Positions 49,009 through 59,900 of a stretch of DNA of 64,000 bases are shown here, piece after piece. The translations under genes and the position numbers were made by a program. Positions within the stretch are counted from its first letter, which is position 1. The number at the start of each line of letters is the position of its first letter. The notes under the pieces are model-generated. The model was not told the origin of the DNA, did no database searches, and saw only the letters and a program-made list of their open reading frames with translations. The stretch covers positions 620,001 to 684,000 of the forward strand of contig JBHGNT010000018.1 of the NCBI GenBank assembly GCA_043228905.1. The letters run 5' to 3'. This DNA comes from Azolla caroliniana. Taxonomy: Eukaryota; Plantae; Polypodiophyta.

Positions 49009-52000
49009 CTGGGCTCTCTCTCTCTCTCTCTCTCTTAACATGTTAGTAACATTTGTTTGTCGTTTTAATTAATACCTAATGACTAGCCCTCTCTCCCTTT
49101 CTCATTATAGTTTTAGATATTTTAGTTATATTTAAGTTTTAATCCTTATAGTAATTTAAGTTATGAAGGTTTAATCTCTCTCTCATGCTCTCTAAGTCGT
49201 GCACCGATGATACACCATTCGCACTCCTTGTCGACGATCGTATGATCAACAAAACTTAGACAACCGGCAAGCCGGCAACGGACCCAACTCAGGCGAGCAC
49301 ACACGCACACACGATGCTCACGCATGCACGCAACCCCGACTGCACTGTGGAGCCTCTGCCAGAAGCACACGGGTTGTCCACGAAGCAGAGGCAACTCAGT
49401 CCAAAATCTTGCAGAGAATGACGAACAATGGAGGAGAGAGCTCGGTCCCAGTTCGACAGCACTTTGTCCTTGCTCCCAAAACGCGATACTTCATCCGCCT
49501 TCTTCCGTCCCTTTTATAGGTCGTCGAGGCAGGCTGTTGCACCCTCGTTTTCATCAATTTATCCTTTGTCCTTTCGGACAGAGATACTCTTTGATTTCCT
49601 AGACATTCAATGTGTCACATCTAGTCTATTTACACCCAACGTCCTACTCCTAGTTATGTACAAGGTATTAATTGGTGTGGAAAAGTGTAGATCCGGTTCA
49701 TGCGCCCTGCTTCGCTGATTACGCTTCTGGCCGGTTTTCTTCACGACACCGGTCCATTGCTATCGTAATGCGACTACATAGCTTGTATTCGAGAGAGAAA
49801 GAAAAGAAAAGAAGGAAGAAATCTTCATCAACAACGAATACTCAAATGGGGAGCACTCTCCCTAGCGAGAATCTAGATTGAAACAACTTTGCATCTTGGG
49901 AGTACAAGATGCACCAATACCTTGTCAGCCAAGGTTATTGGGGTTACATCAAAGGAGCACAAGAAAACTAACCCGACCTGAAAGACGTCGACTACGCAAC
50001 ATGGGAGCAAGCGGCAAGCCGAGCGATGTATTGCTTAGCAACATGTGTTCATGGCCACATGCTTGGCTACATTCGAGAAGCTGAGACGCCAAAGAAGCGT
50101 GGGAGAATCTACGAAAGTTTTTCGCCGCCAACACAACTGCAAGAAAGCTTCAACTCCACCAAGAGTTGAACAACATCCAACAAAGGGATATGTCTACCAC
50201 GAGCTACACCTTAAAGATCAAGGAGTTTTGCTACTCGCTCGACTCGATAAGCATCAATGTGGATGATAATGAGATGGTACAAATATGCCTCAGCGGCCTT
50301 GCACCACGGTTCGGCGCAATGAGGATTGTCGTATTAGCACGGGAGAATCTGCCCTCCTTCTTCGATCTTCAATCCATGTTGTTGGTCGAAGAAAACCATG
50401 TTTGAACAAGGAGCAATGCCTCAGAAGGCCACATGCTTTACTCACTTTCGGACGGAGGAAGAGGACGCGGTCGTGCAAGAAGAGGCCGATTCGGCCAAGG
50501 ACGAGGCGGATGAGGCCCAACTTACGAAAACAACTCGCAATTTCGGCATCAAGACGGAAGCCATCGACGAACCTTCAGAAGAAGGGGGAGCTTCCATTTC
50601 GGTCCAAGCCGACAAAACTCGGTCGAATGCGGATATTGTGGAAAAATCGATTACCACGAAGAAGAGTGTCGTAAGAAGATGCGTGAGTTGGCTTCCACAA
50701 GCCGACAACTCACCAATTACACCACCAACTCCGACTATGACGATCATGACGGAATGTTCGTGATGAGACATAGAGCAAATTCTATGTCGGCTTCTACTTT
50801 GAATAGCGCATCTAGTCCGGAAGACGTATGGTTCATCGATTCTGGTGCCTTGAACCATATGACGTCTCATCAAGAATGGTTCCAAGAACTTTGAGAGCCG
50901 AACCGACCCGGCTATGTCGAAACTGTGGACCACACTACGCATCCGATTCGACACATCAACAATGTCCCATTCGGCAAAGAAGGTAACCAAACTTTTATTA
51001 AGAATGTCTTGCATGTACCAACCTGTTGAGAATCAAGCTCAACTTGGTCTAGTGTGTGAACTCACCTTGAGAGTGAAGAGACACTCCAACGGTCAAGAGT
51101 CACCATTATGTCACCACTTTGTATTCTAGCATTTAGTATGAGTCATAGAATCATATTTTATGACACATAACTTATGAGCTTTCACATTCCCCATGCTCCA
51201 TGAGGCTTGTAGTTAATGAAGAGAGAGGGTGACTACATAAAGCACCCTCCTCCCACCTTGTATCATGTTGAGTCTTCCTCCTTTGTTAACATACTTAACC
51301 TTGCGTATACTCTGTGTGTGTGTCTCTCTCTCCCTCTCTCTCTCTATCTCATACACACACACACACACACACACACAGAGTTCACACCTATTCTGCTTCA
51401 CAAGAATCCATCTCTTGATTCTTTACATGGTATTAGTGCGATTTGGTAGCTCGATCTAGCCCATTCACCTCATCGTGATCGTGTGTTGTGCTCTACGCCG
51501 ACGACCAAGAACCGGCTCATAGCTACCGTAGCTTCGCTACATAGCTCGCATTCGAAGAGAGAAGAAGAAGAAGAAGAATCGACATAATGAATACTCAAAT
51601 GGGGAGCGCTCTCCCTACCGAGAAGTTGGATCGAAACAACTTCGCATCTTGGGAGTACAAGATGCACCAATACCTTGTCGGACAAGGATATTAGAGCTAC
51701 ATCAAAGGAGCGCATGAAGACCGACCCGCCGAAGTGACTCCCAGATACGCGACATGGGAGCAAGCCGCAAGCCGCGTGATGTATTGTTTGGCGACATGTG
51801 TTCACGACCACATGCTCGGTTACATTCGAGAAGCTAAGACGCCAAAGGAAGAGTGGGAAAATCTACGAAAGATTTTCGCCGCCAACACGACCACGAGAAA
51901 GCTTCAACTCCGCCAAGAGTTGAACAACATTCAACAAAGGGACATGTCCATCATGACATACACCTTGAAGATCAAGGAGCTTTGCGACTCGCTCGGCTCA

Positions 52001-52405
52001 ATAAGCGTAAGTATAGATGATGATGATGATGAGATGGTGCAAATATGCCTCAGTGGCCTCGCACCACGGTTTGGCGCGATGCGAACCGCCGTTCTACCAC
52101 AGGAGAAATCTCCCTCCTTCCTCGAGCTCCAATCAATGCTATTGGTCGAAGAAAACCACGTGCGTACAAGGAGCAATGAGTCGGAATGCCACATGCTCTA
52201 CACGCACTCTAATGGAGGAAGAGGACGCGGATGAGCGAGAGGCCGATTCAGCCAAGGACAAGGCGGACGAGGTCCGACCTCCGACAACAACTCCCAATTT
52301 CGGCCGCAAAACGGAGGCCAACGAGGAACCTTTTCAAGAAGGGGAAGCTTCCACTCCGGCCTGAGCCGTCAAAATGCAACCGAATGCGGATATTGCGGAA
52401 AGCTC

Positions 52406-54935
52406 TGTTGGGAGACAGGTCCCTCCGGATGGGAAGAGAGAAGAACAGTGTCGGATCTGGATGAGGAGTACCCGGCTACGGAGAGCCGGATGGTGTAGAC
52501 CCGGTGAGAACTGGATGAGGAGTACCCGGCTACGGAGAGCCGGATGACGCAGACCCGGTGAGAACCGGATGAGGAGTACCCCGACTACGGAGAGCCGGAT
52601 GACGCAGACGCGGTGAGAAACAGATGAGGAGTACCCGGCTACGGAGAGCCGGATGGTGCAGACCCGGTGAGAACCGGATGAAGAGACTATATTTGTAAAT
52701 AGCCGAAAAGTCATATTAGTATAAATATGACTTAGGGCAAACTTTTAGTTGGTTGTTGACTGTTTTTGTTGTTGTCATTCCTGTTTTGCACGAGATTGGA
52801 GTGTGTAACAGTGTACAGAGAGAGAGAGAGAGAGAGAAAGAGGTCGCTGCCTCTGTTGTAACCGCCGCCTGTGGCGAAGATCGTGAGCACGAGATCATTG
52901 CCTCCGTGAACTCACTGTTTGTACATTCCAACATAGTGATAGTTTGCAGCCTGTGGGCTGCCGTGGTTTTTCCCTTAGTTTGGGTTTTCCACGTAAACAT
53001 CTTGTGTACCTTTTCTCTCCTTTGCGTCGTGCATTTACTTCCCGTTTTCTGTGTATGATTCTAAGCTCGGTTGTGGCCGAGCGTTGAGCATAAGGAACGA
53101 CTAGTTCCCTTCAAGTGGTATCAGAGCAAAACGACACAGAAAATGGACGAATCGTTTGGCGGCATGTTCAAGCTCACTGGCTCCAACTATTCAGTGTGGA
53201 AGTCGAAGATGAGGGACATGCTTGTGGTTAAAGACCTCTGGCTGCCGGTTCAGTTCGGGGACAAGAGACCGGACAAAATCGACGTCGCGATATGGGAGGT
53301 GATGCACATGAAGACAACGGCATACATATGGTGCTTCATCGACATGAGCCTGTACAACAACTTCAATGAGGAGAGCAAGGCTCATGAGCTCTGGGAGAAG
53401 ATCGGCATAATGTTTCAAAACAAAAATGTTGTTAATCAGGTTTCGGTATTCCGGAAGCTAGTAAGACTCCGGTACCAAGATGGCTCCAACATGGCAGAGC
53501 ACATGAATGCATTCCGGGGGCTGATACAACAGGCAACATCATTGGAAGTACCTCTCGCTGACGAGGTACTAGCGCTACTCCTGCTTGGTTCCCTCCCGGA
53601 TAGCTGGGAGACGTTGGTTGTCACTTTGGGCAACGCCGGGCCGGAAGGAAAGCGGTCATCCCTAGCAAGAGTAAAGTCGAGCTTGCTAGATGAGGAGGCG
53701 CGTCGGAAGGATAAAGATACGAGCTCCGACTCCAAAGCGCTCCTTACCGAATCGGAACGCGGAAGACAAAGAAACCGTAGTCCCCAGAACCGAGAGAAGT
53801 CGGGGACACGGTCAAAGTCAAGGGGGAGGCCCACTTGCTTCTATTGCGGCAAGCGGGGACACTTCCAAAAGAACTGCCGGCATTTCCGAAAAGATAAGGA
53901 AACCGACGGTATCGATTCGAAGCGGACCCCGGACCGGAACGGTAAAGACCGGAGGGGGCCAGACCGGAAGGGAACAACGGCAATCGTGGCAAGTGAAGAA
54001 GAGTTGATGCTCATCACCGAGGAGAGTGAGATAAACCTTGCCGGCGACGAGATTACCTGGGTGGCAGACTCCGGAGCATCATTCCACCTTACCCCGGACT
54101 GGAAATGCTTCTCATCCTACTCAGCCGGTGATCACGGTTGTGTCCGGATGGGGAATGAAGGAACATGCCGAATTGTCGGCATAGGAGACGTGTGGCTGTC
54201 GACACCAACCGGATGCAAGTTGCTGTTGAAGGATGTCTGACACGTTCCGGAGGTTCGTCTGAACCTGATATCAGCTGGTCGGCTAGATGATGAGGGCTAC
54301 ACGGGCAGCATCTGGAACGGTGTCATGAAGTTCAGCAAAGGGAGCCTGATTGTGGCTAGGGCCCGGAAGGTCAACACTCTGTACCTGATGAATGCCCGGT
54401 TATGTCCGAAAGAAGTGAACCTGGCATCCGACACTGCCGATGAGGTGTGGCACAAGAGACTGTGTCATATGAGCGAGAAGGGGATGAAGAGGCTTGCAGA
54501 CGACAACCTCATTCCAGTGAAGAACGTGCACTTAGAGAAGTGCACTGATTGTCTGGCCGGTAAGCAAAACCGGACCTCCTTTCGACCAAGGCCACCGATG
54601 AGACGTAATGCACCATTGGAGTTGGTGCATACGGATGTGTGTCAAGTAGACACGAAGTCACATGCCGGAGCGCAGTACTTCGTGACGTTCATAGATGACC
54701 ACAGCCGGAAGTTGTGGGCCACATCGCTGAAGACGAAGGATCAGGTGCTATCCGTCTTCAAAGAGCTCCACGCGAGAGTGGAAAGAGAAACCGGCCGGAA
54801 GCTGAAGGCAGTTCGAGCAAATAACGGAGGAGAATACCAGGGGCAGTTCGAGGAGTACTGCTGCTCGAAGGGAATCCAGCTCGAATTTACCGTGCCGAAG
54901 ACGCCGGAACTAAACGGACTGGCCAAGAGGATGAA
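52406..54935 (+). mobile_element. 3'-truncated Tork-like Copia (5' LTR 52406-53113, PBS 53116-53127, gag from 53143, PR, INT)
   Basis: TGTTGGGAG...CTTCA; CFYCGKRGHFQKNC, WVADSGASFH, HTDVCQVD; stop at 54240; fused to clade B integrase at ~54935. Confidence 0.88.
52453..52682. repeat. ~54-bp tandem array, about 4 copies, in LTR U3
   Basis: GGATGAGGAGTACCCGGCTACGGAGAGCCGGATG..GCAGACCCGGTGAGAA; reverse-complement homologue of 18388-18820. Confidence 0.9.
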
Positions 54936-56990
54936 GCCGAACCTATCACATGTTCGGATATATCAGCTCCATTGCATACGTGCACATCCCCGACGAGAAG
55001 CGACAAAAGCTCGACCCAAAGTCAGAGAAATGTATCCTCGTAGGATACTCACTGGAGCAAAAGGGGTACAAGTGCTATAACCCCTCAACTCGAAAAGCTC
55101 GAGTAAGTCGAGACATCGTTTTCGACGAGTCCACAACCTGGTACGCACCAGAGACAACTTTGACTCCGATTCCGCTCGACCCAGAATCCGCTGAAATAGA
55201 GATAGAAGCTGAAGATCGGCTCAGGCGCATGTTCGAAGAAAGCCTGATTATGACAAGGCTTGGTGGGACACAAGAGCCTCCAAGCGATCAAAGCACATCT
55301 CAATCGAGTCCGAAGTTGGACAAAGGGAAGGCAAAAATGTCAGAGTATGAAGACAATCACTTCGACGACAATGATTCGACTCACTCCCTTGATAGTGAGT
55401 TTGAGGGCCTTGACATCCGGACAAATTGAGCGAAGAAAGCCTTAGTATCCGCAAATGAGAAGCTCTGTCTCTCGTATTGTCGCTATCAATGAGGTGGAAG
55501 CGATGAATGAGGAGATGCAAGCACTCTAAAAAAACAAGACATGAGATCTTGTCCCCCACTCACCGCACAAGAAGGCGATCGGTTGTAAATGGATGTAAAA
55601 AGAATAGCGTGCGGAAGCAATAGAAAACCGAACACAGAAACTCAAGTTTAATGGAGAGCTTAGAATATACACAGTACTCGGGAGAGACAAAGTGAGAGAG
55701 AGAGAGAGAACACAGAAATTCAATTCAAAATAATACTCAATTTGTACATAGGATATGCTCAATGAGCACTTTTATACAAGTCCATACAGACTGACAGAAG
55801 TACGGTGTACTTCAATGCTCACACAAGCGTCTGACACTAACTATGAGACATTAACTACCTAGTAGTCTAGGCTGCTACTAGGCTTCCGGTTACTGATGGA
55901 TCCGGCTAACCGGCTTCCCAGCTCACCGGCTCACTTGCTCATCGGCTCACCGATCTGGCTCAGATTTATTCAACCGATCCGGATCCGGTTGAGCTTGCCG
56001 ATCAACACTCCCCCTCAAGCTCAACTTGAGGTCGGATCATAGTGTCAGTCTCCATGGCAGTCGGTCCTTCCACCCGGCTCCTTCTGGCGTCACTCTGCCT
56101 TGCTCGCGCTCCTCGTCCGGTCCGGTCCCATTTACCGCGACCCTTCTATATATGCGCACCTCGACCTCCTCGGTCAACTTGTCTGTTCAACAGGCCCAAA
56201 TAAGTTCCCTCGCTGTTGTGACTTCAGCGCTTGTCGATTCGCCGATTCCTTTGTGTTGGCGTCGACTTTTGCTGCCTTCTCATCCTCTTGGCCTTGAATT
56301 GATCCGGTTCTACTGAATCGACTGTCTCCGATTTGTTCCAGCTCTTGTCTGAATCAGTCGCTCCCGATTCGTCTTCCGATACCAGGCCCTTCACCACATC
56401 GGACCATGTCTGGGTCTTGGCCTTCTTCTTCCGGACGGCTCTGTCCTTATTGACTCTGCCGCCGTTGCCGCTTGTTCCGACTTGTTCGGATGTGTCAACT
56501 TTGTCGACTTGGCTCCTTTCTTCTTCTTGTCTCTCCCTCTGTTGATTCTTCCCTCACTGGCGCAATCGGCAGTTTCTTTGCCTTTGCCCATTCCGGTGTC
56601 TTTGCCCGTTCTCCCCCTCAAGTGTGGCATGTCAAGATGCTGAACACCAAGCATTTCGGTGAAGTGCTACAACTTGTCCGATCCGTATGAACATACCGAA
56701 GTTCGACTTCACCGCTCAGGACACGCTCACGCACGAAGTGGTAGTGCACTTCTATGTGCTTTGTGCGAACATGGAATATGGGGTTCTTGGCGAGCTGCAT
56801 GCTACTTATGTTGTCGCAGTAGATCAGGATCAGGGTCGGCACCTCGATCCGTAGATCTTGCAGCAGCCGCCGAAGCCAAATGGCTTCACAGGTGGCAACG
56901 ATAGCGCCCCGGTATTCAGCCTCAGTGCTCGAAAGGACCACTGTTGGCTGCTTTTTGCTGCTCCACGCAACAACCGCGCTACCAAGGGAA

Positions 56991-59900
56991 TGATGGAAAT
57001 AATCGACACTTTCCAAACTTCACCTCTCGGCCACAACCAAGGAAACACACGAATCGTTGTTGCAGAAAATGGGAAATGCAAAAGTAAGTAAGTGGACACA
57101 CGATTTAACGTGGAAAACCCTGTACGGGAAAAACCACGAGAGTACAAGACTCCGAACCAAAACTATGCACAGAGAAATATACAATGGCGAGCTGCAAGGC
57201 GACAACCTTGAGCTCGCTGTCCTCGCCACAGGCGGCGGGATTACACAGAGGCGTCGACCTCTTCCTCTCTCACGCTCTATCTCTCTCACGGCTGCTCTCT
57301 CTTCACTCCTCTTGAGTGGAAAAACAGAAAAATGAGTAGCAACATAAAAACTGTTTGCCCTAAGTCATATTTATACACATATGACTTTAGGGCTATTTAC
57401 AACTATAGCCTCAAGGGCCCTTGGCAAACATATTCACAGATATGTCCCCGCATCCGGATCTCTCTCCGGGTACATTCGTCATCCGGCTCCGAAGCCGGGG
57501 TCTTCATCATCCGGTTCCGAAACCGCAACCGGGCTTGTCGTCATTCATCTCCGGACATCCGACCATCCCATCCGGAGGGACCGTAATCCCAACAAACTCC
57601 CCCTTCACTTCGGCATGGGATGTCTCTCCAATCCGATCCTCTTCCGGCATGCTTCCAGCTTGTCGGGTGTGAGCACCTTGGTCAGCATATCCGACCCGTT
57701 CTCGTCCGTGTGGATCTTCGTCAGCACGAACTCCTTGTCTTCTATCCTTTCCCGGATCCAGTGATATCTTCGCTGGATGTGCTTCGTCCGGGAGTGATAG
57801 GCCGCGTTCTTCGCAAGGTGGATTGCACTCTGACTGTCGCAGTAGAGTCGGTACTCCTCCTGCCGGATACCGAGCTCTCTAATGAAGTCCTTCATCCATA
57901 TTATTTCCTTGCCGGCTTCAACAGCCGCCATGTACTCCGCCTCCGTGGTTGACAACGCAACCGTCTTCTGCAGCCTCAACTGCCATGAAACAGCTCCCCC
58001 TGCATACGTCATCACATACCCTGATGTGGACCGGCTGGTATCTGCATCAGCCGACATATCCGAATCGGTGAAGCCGTCGAGTTCGGGCTTACCGAAGCCG
58101 AATCGGAGGCACACGTTTGCTGTGCCCTTCAGGTATCGGAGTATCCACTTGGCCGCGTTCCAATGCTCTTTGTCGGGATTGCTCATGTACCGGCTCACCA
58201 CTCCGACTGCATATCCTATGTCCGGTCGGGTACACACCATTGCGTACATCAAGCTCCCGACGGCAGAGGCATATGGTACTTTCATCATGTCCTCCTTCTC
58301 AGCCTTTGTCTTGGGGCTTTGCTTGCTGGACAACTTGCAGTTTGCCGGGAGTGTTGACCCGACCGGTCTTGCTTCCGACATGTTGAACCGGTGAAGCACC
58401 TTTGTCACGTACTTCTCCTGTGACAGCCACAACTGCTTCTTCTTCCGGTCCCGGATGATGTGCATCCCTAGTATTTGCCTCGCCGGACCCAGGTCTTTCA
58501 TTGAGAAGGTTCGGTGAAGAGCCTTCTTCAGCATCCGTATCTTGACCTGGTCTCGTCCGACGATCAACATGTCGTCCACGTACAGGAGGAGTATTAGAAA
58601 GTCTCCTCCTTCGAACTTCTTCACAAACACGCAATGATCGGACTGCGTTTTGTGGTACCCTTCGTCTGTCATGAAGGAGTCGAACTTCCGGTACCATTGC
58701 CGGGGAGCCTGCTTCAGACCGTAAAGGCTCTTCTTCAACCGGCATACCAGGTGCTCCTTCCCTTTCTTCTCGAATCCTTCCGGTTGCTGCATGTAGATCT
58801 CTTCTTCGAGGTCACCGTGAAGGAATGCCGTCTTCACGTCCATCTGTTCTACCTCGAGGTCCATGCTTGCCGCTATGCTCAGCACCGTCCGGATGGAGGT
58901 CATCTTCACTACCGGGGCAAATATCTCGTCGAAGTCGACGCCCTTCTTCTGCTGAAACCCCTTCACCACGATCCTGGCTTTGTATCTCGGGGGGTTTCCG
59001 GCATCTCCCGGTTTCAGCTTGAACACCCACTTGTTACGGAGTGCCCGTTTTCCTTTCGGCAACTCCACAAGTTCATATGTGTGGTTCTCATGCAGGGAAT
59101 CCATCTCCTCCTGCATGGCACTTAACCACCTGCGGCTATGGGTGTCATGCTTCGCTTCTTCAAAGCTCTCCGGCTCCCCCTCGTCGGTTAGCAGCACGTG
59201 CTCTGGTTCCGGAAATCTCCGGGGAGCCCTTCTCTCTCTTAGAGGATATCTCCGTTCCGGAGCTTCGGTAACCGGTTCTTCCGATTCTTCTTCATCCGAA
59301 TCCATTTCGGGATCGGGGCCGGTTCCGGTATCATTTTCATCTTCTTCGGCCGGTTCTGTTTCTTCACCGTCTTCGGCCGGATCTTCGAGTGTTAACCGGT
59401 CCCTTGCCGGTCGGGACTGCTCCTCGTAGAGTTTATCCTCACCGGTCGACTTGGAGCTCTTCATCTTCTTCTCCGACTCCCAGTCGGCGAGTGTCTTGTT
59501 CTCCATGAAGATGATATCACGACTCCGGAATATCTTCTTGTCGACCGGGTCCCATACTCGGTAGCCGAACTCGTCATCGCCGTAACCGAGGAATATGCAT
59601 GGCCGGGTCTTTGGATCTAGCTTTCCTCTCCGGTCCTTTGCCACATGCACGTATGCGAGACACCCGAACACCTTCAGATGCCGGTAGGATACTTCCCTAC
59701 CGGTCCACACTCTCTGCGGCGTGTCTCCGTCCAAAGGTACTGAGGGTGATCTGTTTATCACGTATGTCGCCGTTGACATCGCCTCAGCCCAAAACCCCTT
59801 GGGTAATTTCGCATGCGCCAGCATACTCCGGACCCTCTCCATTATGGTCCGGTTCATCCTCTCGGCCAGCCCGTTCAGTTCCGGCGTCTTCGGCACAGTA

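Larger units (their letters stand above)
47601..49260. mobile_element. Unclassified 1.66-kb insertion in the Gypsy 5' LTR
   Basis: Absent from the 3' LTR (AACGATTA|CAACC); no TG/CA ends, long TIR or clear TSD; strongly pyrimidine-rich plus strand; two tRNA-like modules. Confidence 0.7.
39961..49748 (-). mobile_element. Full-length degenerate Ty3/Gypsy element (3' LTR 39961-40578; 5' LTR 47295-49748, interrupted)
   Basis: TG...CA LTR pair; 4-bp TSD CCGG; PBS TGGTGAACCTGACGTG 47290-47275; PPT GGTGGGGGTGGA 40590-40579; gag 47250-45118 (CMWCDAVGHIRKEC, LVDHDLEIN), RT (LRFIQDLQPVNK, FLDN), RH (VDTSPTGIG, IETDC), INT. Confidence 0.92.
39437..51023 (+). mobile_element. Degenerate clade B Copia 5' part (LTR 39437-39881, PBS; gag-PR at 49753-51023) hosting a Gypsy element
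   Basis: TGTTGAGAATCAAGCTCAACA...TTTACA, then TGGTATCAGA; the leader rejoins across 39961-49748; WFIDSGALNHMTSHQEWF. Confidence 0.85.
51024..55593 (+). mobile_element. Degenerate clade B Copia (LTR 51024-51427, gag to 52405; INT C-terminus and RT start 54936-55593)
   Basis: TGTTGAGAATCAAGCTCAAC...TTTACA, PBS variant TGGTATTAGTGC, ARKLQLRQEL-type gag, KLDPKSEKCILVGYS. Whether both pieces come from the same copy is uncertain. Confidence 0.7.

Noticed and set aside
47601-49260. Canonical Helitron
   Set aside because: No 5'-TC/CTRR-3' pair at an A|T target on either strand.
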